DNA of 64,000 nt from assembly GCF_009914755.1 (NCBI RefSeq), contig NC_060935.1. One strand, 5' to 3'. This DNA comes from the human T2T-CHM13v2.0 reference genome, Homo sapiens. Shown piece by piece: positions 51,850 through 64,000 of this stretch; positions within the stretch are counted from its first letter, which is position 1, and each line of letters opens with the position of its first letter. A program made the translations under genes and the position numbers. The notes under the pieces are model-generated. The model searched no databases and was not told the origin of the DNA. It saw only the letters and a list, made by a program, of their open reading frames with translations.

Positions 51850-54800
51850 CTCTTGACAGAGCAGCTCTGAAACCCTCTTTTTCTAGAATCTGCAAGTGGA
51901 CATTTGGAGGGCTTTGAGGCCTGTGGTGGAAAAGGAAAATCTTCACATAAAAACTAGATGGAAGCATTCTCAGAAACTACTTTGTGATGATTGCATTCGA
52001 CTCACAGAGTTGAACATTCCTATAGATAGAGCAGGTTATAAACAATCTTTTTGTAGAATCTGCGATTGGAGATTTGGACTGCTTTGAGGCCTACTGTAGT
52101 AAAGGAAATAACTTCATTTAAAAACCAAACGGAAGCATTCACAGACAATTCTTAGTGATCATTGGATTGAACTAACAGAGCTGAACATTCCTTTAGATGG
52201 CGCAGTTTCCAAACACACTTTCTGTAGAATCTGCAAGTGGATATTTGGACCTCTCTGAGGATTTCGTTGGAAACGGGATAAACTTCCCAGAACTACACGG
52301 AAGCATTCTGAGAAACTTCTTTGTGATGTTTGCATTCAACTCACAGAGTTGAACCTTGCTTTCATAGTTCAGCTTTCAAACACTCTTTTTGTAGAATCTG
52401 CAAGTAGATATTTGGACCACTTTGTGGCCTTCCTTCGAAACGGGTATATCTTCACATCAAACCTAGACAGAAGCATTCTCAGAATGTTTCCTGTGATGAC
52501 TGCATTCAACTCACAGAGGTGAACAATCCTGTTGATGGAGCAGTTTTGAAACTCTCTTTCTTTGGATTCTGCATGTGGATATGTGGACCTCTGTGAAGAT
52601 TTCGTTGGAAACGGGTTCATCTTCACAGAAAAACTAAACAGGAGCATTCTCAGAAACTGCTTTGTGATGTTTGTGTTCCACTTCAGGAATTGAACTTTCC
52701 TCTTGACAGAGCAGCTCTGAAACCCTCTTTTTCTAGAATCTGCAAGTGGACATTTGGAGGGCTTTGAGGCCTGTGGTGGAAAAGGAAAATCTTCACATAA
52801 AAACTAGATGGAAGCATTCTCAGAAACTACTTTGTGATGATTGCATTCGACTCACAGAGTTGAACATTCCTATAGATAGAGCAGGTTGTAAACAATCTTT
52901 TTGTAGAATCTGCGATTGGACATTTGGAATGATTTGAGGCCTACTGTAGTAAAGGAAATAACTTCATCTAAAAACCAAACGGAAGAATTCACAGACAATT
53001 TTTAGTGATCATTTGATTGAACAAACCGAGCTGAACATTCCTTTAGATGGAGCAGTTTCCAAACACACTTTCTGTAGAATCTGCAAGTGGACATTTGGAC
53101 CTCTCTGAGGGTTTCGTTGGAAACGGGATAAACTTCCCAGAACTACACGGAAGCATTCTGAGAAAATTCTTTGTGATGTTTGCATTCAACTCACAGAGTT
53201 GAACCTTGCTTTCACTAATTCAGCTTTCAAACACTCTTTTTGTAGAATCTGCAAGTGGATATTTGGACCACTTTTTGGCCTTCCTTCGAAACGGGTATAT
53301 CTTCACATCAAACCTAGACAGAAGCATTCTCAGAATGTTTCCTGTGATGACTGCATTCAACTCACAGAGGTGAACAATCCTGTTGATGGAGCAGTTTTGA
53401 AACTCTCTTTCTTTGGATTCTGCAAGTGGATATGTGGACCTCTGTGAAGATTTCGTTGGAAACGGGTTCATCTTCACAGAAAAACTAAACAGGAGCATTC
53501 TCAGAAACTGCTTTGTGATGTTTGTGTTCCACTTCAAGAATTGAACTTTCCTCTTGACAGAGTAGCTCTGAAACCCTCTTTTTCTAGAATCTGCAAGTGG
53601 ACATTTGGAGGGCTTTGAGGCCTGTGGTGGAAAAGGAAAATCCTCACATAAAAACTAGATGGAAGCATTCTCAGAAACTACTTTGTGATGATTGCATTCG
53701 ACTCACAGAGTTGAACATTCCTATAGATAGAGCAGGTTGTAAACAATCTTTTTGTAGAATCTGCGATTGGAGATTTGGACTGCTTTGAGGCCTACTGTAG
53801 TAAAGGAAATAACTTCATCTAAAAACCAAACGGAAGCATTCACAGACAATTCTTAGTGATCATTGGATTGAACTAACAGAGCTGAACATTCCTTTAGATG
53901 GAGCAGTTTCCAAACACACTTTCTGTAGAATCTGCAAGTGGACATTTGGACCTCTCTGAGGGTTTCGTTGGAAACGGGATAAACTTCCCAGAACTACACG
54001 GAAGCATTGTGAGAAACTTCTTTGTGATGTTTGCATTCAACTCACAGAGTTGAACCTTGCTTTCATAGTTCAGCTTTCAAACACTCTTTTTGTAGAATCT
54101 GCAAGTGGATATTTGGACCACTTTGTGGCCTTCCTTCGAAACGGGTATATCTTCACATCAAACCTAGACAGAAGCATTCTCAGAATGTTTCCTGTGATGA
54201 CTGCATTCAACTCACAGAGGTGAACAATCCTGCTGATGGAGCAGTTTTGAAACTCTCTTTCCTTGGATTCTGCAAGTGGATATGTGGACCTCTGTGAAGA
54301 TTTCGTTGGAAACGGGTTCATCTTCACAGAAAAACTAAACAGACGCATTCTCAGAAACTGCTTTGTGATGTTTGTGTTCCACTTCAGGAATTGAACTTTC
54401 CTCTTGACAGAGCAGCTCTGAAACCCTCTTTTTCTAGAGTCTGCATGTGGACATTTGGAGGGCTTTGAGTCCTGTGGTGGAAAAGGAAAATCTTCACATA
54501 AAAACTAGATGGAAGCATTCTCAGAAACTACTTTGTGATGATTGCATTCGACTCACAGAGTTGAACATTCCTATAGATAGAGCAGGTTGTAAAGAATCTG
54601 TTTGTAGAATCTGCGATTGGAGATTTGCACTGCTTTGAGGCCTACTGTAGTAAAGGAAATAACTTCATCTAAAAACCAAACGGAAGCATTCACAGACAAT
54701 TCTTAGTGATCATTGGATTGAACTAACAGAGCTGAACATGCCTTTAGATGGAGCAGTTTCCAAACACACTTTCTGTAGAATCTGCAAGTGGATATTTGGA

Positions 54801-57800
54801 CCTCTCTGAGGATTTCGTTGGAAACGGGCTAAACTTCCCAGAACTACACGGAAGCATTCTGAGAAACTTCTTCGTGATGTTTGCATTCAACTCACAGAGT
54901 TGAACCTTGCTTTCATAGTTCAGCTTTCAAACCCTCTTTTTGTAGAATCTGCAAGTGGATATTTGGACCACTTTGTGGCCTTCCTTCGAAACGGGTATAT
55001 CTTCACATCAAACCTAGACAGAAGCATTCTCAGAATGTTTCCTGTGATGACTGCATTCAACTCACAGAGGTGAACAATCCTGTTGATGGAGCAGTTTTGA
55101 AACTCTCTTTCTTTGGATTCTGCAAGTGGATATGTGGACCTCTGTGAAGATTTCGTTGGAAACGGGTTCATCTTCACAGAAAAACTAAACAGGAGCATTC
55201 TCAGAAACTGCTTTGTGATGTTTGTGTTCCACGTCAGGAATTGAACTTTCCTCTTGACAGAGCAGCTCTGAAACCCTCTTTTTCTAGAATCTGCAAGTGG
55301 ACATTTGGAGGGCTTTGAGTCCTGTGGTGGAAAAGGAAAATCTTCACATAAAAACTAGATGGAAGCATTCTCAGAAACTACTTTGTGATGATTGCATTCG
55401 ACTCACAGAGTTGAACATTCCTATAGATAGAGCAGGTTGTAAACAATCTTTTTTTAGAATCTGCGATTGGAGATTTGGACTGCTTTGAGGCCTACGGTAG
55501 TAAAGGAAATAACTTCATCTAAAAACCAAACGGAAGCATTCACAGCCAATTCTTAGAGATCATTGGATTGAACTAACAGAGCTGAACATTCCTTTAGATG
55601 GAGCAGTTTCCAAACACACTTTCTGTAGAATCTGCAAGTGGATATTTGGACCTCTCTGAGGATTTCGTTGGAAACGGGATAAACTTCCCAGAACTATACG
55701 GAAGCATTCTGAGAAACTTCTTTGTGATGTTTGCATTCAACTCACAGAGTTGAACCTTGCTTTCATAGTTCAGCTTTCAAACACTCTTTTTGTAGAATCT
55801 GCAAGTGGATATTTGGACCACTTTGTGGCCTTCCTTCGAAACGGGTATATCTTCACATCAAACCTAGACAGAAGCATTCTCAGAATGTTTCCTGTGATGA
55901 CTGCATTCAACTCACAGAGGTGAACAATCCTGCTGATGGAGCAGTTTTGAAACTCTCTTTCTTTGGATTCTGCAAGTGGATATGTGGACCTCTGTGAAGA
56001 TTTCGTTGGAAACGGGTTCATCTTCACAGAAAACCTAAACAGGAGCATTCTCAGAAACTGCTTTGTGATGTTTGTTGTCCACTTCAGGAATTGAACTTTC
56101 CTCTTGACAGAGCAGCTCTGAAACCCTCTTTTTCTAGAATCTGCAAGTGGACATTTGGAGGGCTTTGAGTCCTGTGGTGGAAAAGGAAAATCTTCACATA
56201 AAAACTAGATGGAAGCATTCTCAGAAACTACTTTGTGATGATTGCATTCGACTCACAGAGTTGAACATTCCTATAGATAGAGCAGGTTGTAAACAATCTT
56301 TTTGTAGAATCTGCGATTGGAGATTTGGACTGCTTTGAGGCCTACTGTAGTAAAGGAAATAACTTCATCTAAAAACCAAACGGAAGCATTCACAGCCAAT
56401 TCTTAGAGATCATTGGATTGAACTAACAGAGCTGAACATTCCTTTAGATGGAGCAGTTTCCAAACACACTTTCTGTAGAATCTGCAAGTGGATATTTGGA
56501 CCTCTCTGAGGATTTCGTTGGAAACGGGATAAAATTCCCAGAACTACACAGAAGCATTCTGAGAAACTTCTTTGTGATGTTTGCATTCAACTCACAGAGT
56601 TGAACCTTGCTTTCATAGTTCAGCTTTCAAACACTCTTTTTGTAGAATCTGCAAGTGGATATTTGGACCACTTTGTGGCCTTCCTTCGAAACGGGTATAT
56701 CTTCACATCAAACCTAGACAGAAGCATTCTCAGAATGTTTCCTGTGATGACTGCATTCAACTCACAGAGGTGAACAATCCTGCTGATGGAGCAGTTTTGA
56801 AACTCTCTTTCTTTGGATTCTGCAAGTGGATATGTGGACCTCTGTGAAGATTTCGTTGGAAACGGGTTCATCTTCACAGAAAAACTAAACAGGAGCATTC
56901 TCAGAAACTGCTTTGTGATGTTTGTGTTCCACTTCAAGAATTGAACTTTCCTCTTGACAGAGCAGCTCTGAAACCCTCCTTTTCTAGAATCTGCAAGTGG
57001 ACATTAGGAGGGCTTTGAGGCCTGTGGTGGAAAAGGAAAATCTTCACATAAAAACTAGATGGAAGCATTCTCAGAAACTACTTTGTGATGATTGCATTCG
57101 ACTCACAGAGTTGAACATTCCTATAGATAGAGCAGGTTGTAAACAATCTTTTTGTAGAATCTGCGATTGCAGGTTTGGACTGCTTTGAGGCCTACTGTAG
57201 TAAAGGAAATAACTTCATCTAAAAACCAAACGGAAGCATTCACAGACAATTCTTAGTGATCATTGGATTGAACTAACAGAGCTGAACATTCCTTTAGATG
57301 GCGCAGATTCCAAACACACTTTCTTTAGAATCTGCAAGTGGATATTTGGACCTCTCTGAGGATTTCGTTGGAAACGGGATAAACTTCCCAGAACTACACG
57401 GAAGCATTCTGAGAAACTTCTTTGTGATGTTTGCATTCAACTCACAGAGTTGAACCTTGCTTTCATAGTTCAGCTTTCAAATACTCTTTTTGTAGAACCT
57501 GCAAGTGGATATTTGGACCACTTTGTGGCCTTCCTTCGAAACGGGTATATCTTCACATCAAACCTAGACAGAAGCATTCCCAGAATGTTTCCTCTGATGA
57601 CTGCATTCAACCCACAGAGGTGAACAATCCTGCTGATGGAGCAGTTTTGAAACTCTCTTTCTTTGGATTCTGCAAGTGGATATGTGGACCTCTGTGAAGA
57701 TTTCGTTGGAAACGGGTTCATCTTCACAGAAAAACTAAACAGGAGCATTCCCAGAAACTGCTTTGTGATGTTTGTGTTCCACTTCAAGAATTGAACTTTC

Positions 57801-58650
57801 CTCTTGACAGAGCAGCTCTGAAACCCTCTTTTTCTAGAATCTGCAAGTGGACATTTGGAGGGCTTTGAGGCCTGTGGTGGAAAAGGAAAATCTTCACATA
57901 AAAACTAGATGGAAGCATTCTCAGAAACTACTTTGTGATGATTGCATTCGACTCACAGAGTTGAACATTCCTATAGATAGAGCATGTTGTAAACAATCTT
58001 TTTGTAGAATCTGCGATTGGAGATGTGGACTGCTTTGAGGCCTACTGTAGTAAAGGAAATAACTTCATTTAAAAACCAAACGGAAGCATTCACAGACAAT
58101 TCTTAGTGATCATTGGATTGAACTAACAGAGCTGAACATTCCTTTAGATGGCGCAGATTCCAAACACACTTTCTGTAGAATCTGCAAGTGGATATTTGGA
58201 CCTCTGTGAGGATTTCGTTGGAAACGGGATAAACTTCCCAGAACTACACGGAAGCATTCTGAGAATCTTCTTTGTGATGTTTGCATTCAACTCAGAGAGT
58301 TGAACCTTGCTTTCATAGTTCAGCTTTCAAACACTCTTTTTGTAGAATCTGCAAGTGGATATTTGGACCACTTTGTGGCCTTCCTTCGAAACGGGTATAT
58401 CTTCACATCAAACCTACACAGAAGCATTCTCAGAATGTTTCCTGTGATGACTGCATTCAACTGACAGAGGTGAACAATCCTGTTGATGGAGCAGTTTTGA
58501 AACTCTCTTCCTTTGGATTCTGCAAGTGGATATGTGGACCTCTGTGAAGATTTCGTTGGAAACGGGTTCATCTTCACAGAAAAACTAAACAGGAGCATTC
58601 TCCGAAACTTCTTTGTGATGTTTGTGTTCCACTTTAGGAATTGAACTTTC
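51850..58650 (+). repeat. Third copy (HOR62-69) of the variant block at 13599-20399 (HOR17-24)
   Basis: GGTTATA, EcoRI plus C insertion (53215), CCTCACAT, GATTTGCAC, TTTTTAGAAT, CATTAGG, GCATGTTGTA and CTTTAGG occur in the same order. Confidence 0.92.
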
Positions 58651-61600
58651 CTCTTGACAGAGCAGCTCTGAAACCCTCTTTTTCTAGAATCTGCAAGTGG
58701 ACATTTGGAGGGCTTTGAGGCCTGTGGTGGAAAAGGAAAATCTTCACATAAAAACTAGATGGAAGCATTCTCAGAAACTACTTTGTGATGATTGCATTCG
58801 ACTCACAGAGTTGAACATTCCTATAGATAGAGCAGGTTGTAAACAATCTTTTTGTAGAATCTGCGATTGGACATTTGGAATGATTTGAGGCCTACTGTAG
58901 TAAAGGAAATAACTTCATCTAAAAACCAAACGGAAGAATTCACAGACAATTTTTAGTGATCATTTGATTGAACAAACCGAGCTGAACATTCCTTTAGATG
59001 GAGCAGTTTCCAAACACACTTTCTGTAGAATCTGCAAGTGGACATTTGGACCTCTCTGAGGGTTTCGTTGGAAACGGGATAAACTTCCCAGAACTACACG
59101 GAAGCATTCTGAGAAAATTCTTTGTGATGTTTGCATTCAACTCACAGAGTTGAACCTTGCTTTCACTAATTCAGCTTTCAAACACTCTTTTTGTAGAATC
59201 TGCAAGTGGATATTTGGACCACTTTTTGGCCTTCCTTCGAAACGGGTATATCTTCACATCAAACCTAGACAGAAGCATTCTCAGAATGTTTCCTGTGATG
59301 ACTGCATTCAACTCACAGAGGTGAACAATCCTGTTGATGGAGCAGTTTTGAAACTCTCTTTCTTTGGATTCTGCAAGTGGATATGTGGACCTCTGTGAAG
59401 ATTTCGTTGGAAACGGGTTCATCTTCACAGAAAAACTAAACAGGAGCATTCTCAGAAACTGCTTTGTGATGTTTGTGTTCCACTTCAAGAATTGAACTTT
59501 CCTCTTGACAGAGTAGCTCTGAAACCCTCTTTTTCTAGAATCTGCAAGTGGACATTTGGAGGGCTTTGAGGCCTGTGGTGGAAAAGGAAAATCCTCACAT
59601 AAAAACTAGATGGAAGCATTCTCAGAAACTACTTTGTGATGATTGCATTCGACTCACAGAGTTGAACATTCCTATAGATAGAGCAGGTTGTAAACAATCT
59701 TTTTGTAGAATCTGCGATTGGAGATTTGGACTGCTTTGAGGCCTACTGTAGTAAAGGAAATAACTTCATCTAAAAACCAAACGGAAGCATTCACAGACAA
59801 TTCTTAGTGATCATTGGATTGAACTAACAGAGCTGAACATTCCTTTAGATGGAGCAGTTTCCAAACACACTTTCTGTAGAATCTGCAAGTGGACATTTGG
59901 ACCTCTCTGAGGGTTTCGTTGGAAACGGGATAAACTTCCCAGAACTACACGGAAGCATTGTGAGAAACTTCTTTGTGATGTTTGCATTCAACTCACAGAG
60001 TTGAACCTTGCTTTCATAGTTCAGCTTTCAAACACTCTTTTTGTAGAATCTGCAAGTGGATATTTGGACCACTTTGTGGCCTTCCTTCGAAACGGGTATA
60101 TCTTCACATCAAACCTAGACAGAAGCATTCTCAGAATGTCTCCTGTGATGACTGCATTCAACTCACAGAGGTGAACAATCCTGCTGATGGAGCAGTTTTG
60201 AAACTCTCTTTCCTTGGATTCTGCAAGTGGATATGTGGACCTCTGTGAAGATTTCGTTGGAAACGGGTTCATCTTCACAGAAAAACTAAACAGACGCATT
60301 CTCAGAAACTGCTTTGTGATGTTTGTGTTCCACTTCAGGAATTGAACTTTCCTCTTGACAGAGCAGCTCTGAAACCCTCTTTTTCTAGAGTCTGCATGTG
60401 GACATTTGGAGGGCTTTGAGTCCTGTGGTGGAAAAGGAAAATCTTCACATAAAAACTAGATGGAAGCATTCTCAGAAACTACTTTGTGATGATTGCATTC
60501 GACTCACAGAGTTGAACATTCCTATAGATAGAGCAGGTTGTAAAGAATCTGTTTGTAGAATCTGCGATTGGAGATTTGCACTGCTTTGAGGCCTACTGTA
60601 GTAAAGGAAATAACTTCATCTAAAAACCAAACGGAAGCATTCACAGACAATTCTTAGTGATCATTGGATTGAACTAACAGAGCTGAACATGCCTTTAGAT
60701 GGAGCAGTTTCCAAACACACTTTCTGTAGAATCTGCAAGTGGATATTTGGACCTCTCTGAGGATTTCGTTGGAAACGGGCTAAACTTCCCAGAACTACAC
60801 GGAAGCATTCTGAGAAACTTCTTCGTGATGTTTGCATTCAACTCACAGAGTTGAACCTTGCTTTCATAGTTCAGCTTTCAAACCCTCTTTTTGTAGAATC
60901 TGCAATTGGATATTTGGACCACTTTGTGGCCTTCCTTCGAAACGGGTATATCTTCACATCAAACCTAGACAGAAGCATTCTCAGAATGTTTCCTGTGATG
61001 ACTGCATTCAACTCACAGAGGTGAACAATCCTGTTGATGGAGCAGTTTTGAAACTCTCTTTCTTTGGATTCTGCAAGTGGATATGTGGACCTCTGTGAAG
61101 ATTTCGTTGGAAACGGGTTCATCTTCACAGAAAAACTAAACAGGAGCATTCTCAGAAACTGCTTTGTGATGTTTGTGTTCCACGTCAGGAATTGAACTTT
61201 CCTCTTGACAGAGCAGCTCTGAAACCCTCTTTTTCTAGAATCTGCAAGTGGACATTTGGAGGGCTTTGAGTCCTGTGGTGGAAAAGGAAAATCTTCACAT
61301 AAAAACTAGATGGAAGCATTCTCAGAAACTACTTTGTGATGATTGCATTCGACTCACAGAGTTGAACATTCCTATAGATAGAGCAGGTTGTAAACAATCT
61401 TTTTTTAGAATCTGCGATTGGAGATTTGGACTGCTTTGAGGCCTACTGTAGTAAAGGAAATAACTTCATCTAAAAACCAAACGGAAGCATTCACAGCCAA
61501 TTCTTAGAGATCATTGGATTGAACTAACAGAGCTGAACATTCCTTTAGATGGAGCAGTTTCCAAACACACTTTCTGTAGAATCTGCAAGTGGATATTTGG

Positions 61601-64000
61601 ACCTCTCTGAGGATTTCGTTGGAAACGGGATAAACTTCCCAGAACTATACGGAAGCATTCTGAGAAACTTCTTTGTGATGTTTGCATTCAACTCACAGAG
61701 TTGAACCTTGCTTTCATAGTTCAGCTTTCAAACACTCTTTTTGTAGAATCTGCAAGTGGATATTTGGACCACTTTGTGGCCTTCCTTCGAAACGGGTATA
61801 TCTTCACATCAAACCTAGACAGAAGCATTCTCAGAATGTTTCCTGTGATGACTGCATTCAACTCACAGAGGTGAACAATCCTGCTGATGGAGCAGTTTTG
61901 AAACTCTCTTTCTTTGGATTCTGCAAGTGGATATGTGGACCTCTGTGAAGATTTCGTTGGAAACGGGTTCATCTTCACAGAAAACCTAAACAGGAGCATT
62001 CTCAGAAACTGCTTTGTGATGTTTGTGTTCCACTTCAGGAATTGAACTTTCCTCTTGACAGAGCAGCTCTGAAACCCTCTTTTTCTAGAATCTGCAAGTG
62101 GACATTTGGAGGGCTTTGAGTCCTGTGGTGGAAAAGGAAAATCTTCACATAAAAACTAGATGGAAGCATTCTCAGAAACTACTTTGTGATGATTGCATTC
62201 GACTCACAGAGTTGAACATTCCTATAGATAGAGCAGGTTGTAAACAATCTTTTTGTAGAATCTGCGATTGGAGATTTGGACTGCTTTGAGGCCTACTGTA
62301 GTAAAGGAAATAACTTCATCTAAAAACCAAACGGAAGCATTCACAGCCAATTCTTAGAGATCATTGGATTGAACTAACAGAGCTGAACATTCCTTTAGAT
62401 GGAGCAGTTTCCAAACACACTTTCTGTAGAATCTGCAAGTGGATATTTGGACCTCTCTGAGGATTTCGTTGGAAACGGGATAAAATTCCCAGAACTACAC
62501 AGAAGCATTCTGAGAAACTTCTTTGTGATGTTTGCATTCAACTCACAGAGTTGAACCTTGCTTTCATAGTTCAGCTTTCAAACACTCTTTTTGTAGAATC
62601 TGCAAGTGGATATTTGGACCACTTTGTGGCCTTCCTTCGAAACGGGTATATCTTCACATCAAACCTAGACAGAAGCATTCTCAGAATGTTTCCTGTGATG
62701 ACTGCATTCAACTCACAGAGGTGAACAATCCTGCTGATGGAGCAGTTTTGAAACTCTCTTTCTTTGGATTCTGCAAGTGGATATGTGGACCTCTGTGAAG
62801 ATTTCGTTGGAAACGGGTTCATCTTCACAGAAAAACTAAACAGGAGCATTCTCAGAAACTGCTTTGTGATGTTTGTGTTCCACTTCAAGAATTGAACTTT
62901 CCTCTTGACAGAGCAGCTCTGAAACCCTCTTTTTCTAGAATCTGCAAGTGGACATTAGGAGGGCTTTGAGGCCTGTGGTGGAAAAGGAAAATCTTCACAT
63001 AAAAACTAGATGGAAGCATTCTCAGAAACTACTTTGTGATGATTGCATTCGACTCACAGAGTTGAACATTCCTATAGATAGAGCAGGTTGTAAACAATCT
63101 TTTTGTAGAATCTGCGATTGGACATTTGGAATGATTTGAGGCCTACTGTAGTAAAGGAAATAACTTCATCTAAAAACCAAACGGAAGAATTCACAGACAA
63201 TTTTTAGTGATCATTTGATTGAACAAACCGAGCTGAACATTCCTTTAGATGGAGCAGTTTCCAAACACACTTTCTGTAGAATCTGCAAGTGGACATTTGG
63301 ACCTCTCTGAGGGTTTCGTTGGAAACGGGATAAACTTCCCAGAACTACACGGAAGCATTCTGAGAAAATTCTTTGTGATGTTTGCATTCAACTCACAGAG
63401 TTGAACCTTGCTTTCACTAATTCAGCTTTCAAACACTCTTTTTGTAGAATCTGCAAGTGGATATTTGGACCACTTTTTGGCCTTCCTTCGAAACGGGTAT
63501 ATCTTCACATCAAACCTAGACAGAAGCATTCTCAGAATGTTTCCTGTGATGACTGCATTCAACTCACAGAGGTGAACAATCCTGTTGATGGAGCAGTTTT
63601 GAAACTCTCTTTCTTTGGATTCTGCAAGTGGATATGTGGACCTCTGTGAAGATTTCGTTGGAAACGGGTTCATCTTCACAGAAAAACTAAACAGGAGCAT
63701 TCTCAGAAACTGCTTTGTGATGTTTGTGTTCCACTTCAAGAATTGAACTTTCCTCTTGACAGAGTAGCTCTGAAACCCTCTTTTTCTAGAATCTGCAAGT
63801 GGACATTTGGAGGGCTTTGAGGCCTGTGGTGGAAAAGGAAAATCCTCACATAAAAACTAGATGGAAGCATTCTCAGAAACTACTTTGTGATGATTGCATT
63901 CGACTCACAGAGTTGAACATTCCTATAGATAGAGCAGGTTGTAAACAATCTTTTTGTAGAATCTGCGATTGGAGATTTGGACTGCTTTGAGGCCTACTGT
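58651..64000 (+). repeat. Fourth (HOR70-75) and start of fifth (from ~63.1 kb) tandem copy of the block beginning at the EcoRI/C-insertion HOR
   Basis: C insertion at 53215, 59166 and 63417 (spacings 5951 and 4251), each followed by the same downstream variants. Confidence 0.9.

Larger units (their letters stand above)
1..64000 (+). repeat. Alpha-satellite (alphoid) centromeric higher-order repeat array; 850-bp 5-mer HOR, ~75.3 head-to-tail copies, no edge within the window
   Basis: The same landmark recurs every 850 bp (47, 897, 1747, 2596 ... 63799; steps of 849-851). Internal ~170-bp periodicity with alphoid hallmarks GAAGCATTCTCAGAAACT, CATTCAACTCACAGAGTTGAAC, TTTGTAGAATCTGCAAGTGGATATTTGG and CENP-B boxes. 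Confidence 0.99.
1..64000 (+). other. D11Z1: Probable human chromosome 11 active centromeric array D11Z1 (SF3 pentameric family, W1-W5 monomers)
   Basis: Established knowledge: D11Z1 is a 0.85-kb XbaI-defined 5-monomer SF3 HOR, while the other SF3 live arrays (chr1 11-mer, chr17 16-mer, chrX 12-mer) have longer HORs. Seen here: 850-bp period, TCTAGA once per unit (33-38, 883-888 ...), three B-type then two A-type monomers. Not confirmed by alignment. Confidence 0.88.

Noticed and set aside
47-63990. Repeated 63-aa, 82-88-aa (+) and 92-106-aa (-) ORFs
   Set aside because: They are translations of alpha satellite recurring with the 850-bp period, many start at GTG/TTG, overlap on opposite strands, resemble no protein family I recognise, and are freely broken by stops (e.g. 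TAG near 3105, TAA near 20524).
1-64000. CRISPR-like array of conserved motifs with intervening sequence
   Set aside because: The intervening sequences are themselves repeated every 850 bp; there are no unique spacers, leader or cas genes.
1-64000. Embedded L1/Alu/ERV insertion, inversion, or monomer-deleted HOR variant
   Set aside because: Spacing between HOR landmarks never departs from 849-851 bp and orientation is constant, leaving no room for any of these.
1-64000. Assignment to DXZ1, D17Z1 or D1Z5 (other SF3 arrays)
   Set aside because: Those have 12-, 16- and 11-monomer HORs; near-identity here recurs every 5 monomers.
1-64000. Promoters, terminators or a defined centromeric ncRNA gene
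   Set aside because: Alpha satellite can be transcribed, but nothing in the sequence delimits a transcription unit; TATA-like and T-run motifs are ordinary monomer content.

Overview
The whole 64 kb window is one uninterrupted, same-orientation tandem array of primate centromeric alpha-satellite DNA. It is organised as an 850-bp, 5-monomer higher-order repeat (HOR): 75 full copies plus a partial 76th, differing from each other only by scattered substitutions and 8 single-base indels. The pentameric size, one XbaI site per unit and the B-B-B-A-A box arrangement fit suprachromosomal family 3, most likely human chromosome 11 D11Z1 (inferred, not database-checked). I see no genes, transposons, inversions or monomer-deleted HORs; all listed ORFs are by-products of the repeat. 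I did not find a new gene system. What is informative is the pattern of shared variants: an ~8-HOR super-period, multi-kb block duplications, chimeric HORs with mappable junctions, probable short gene-conversion tracts, and asymmetric decay of the two CENP-B boxes. HOR numbering: HOR1=1-850, HOR2=851-1700, and so on. All variant calls were made by eye.
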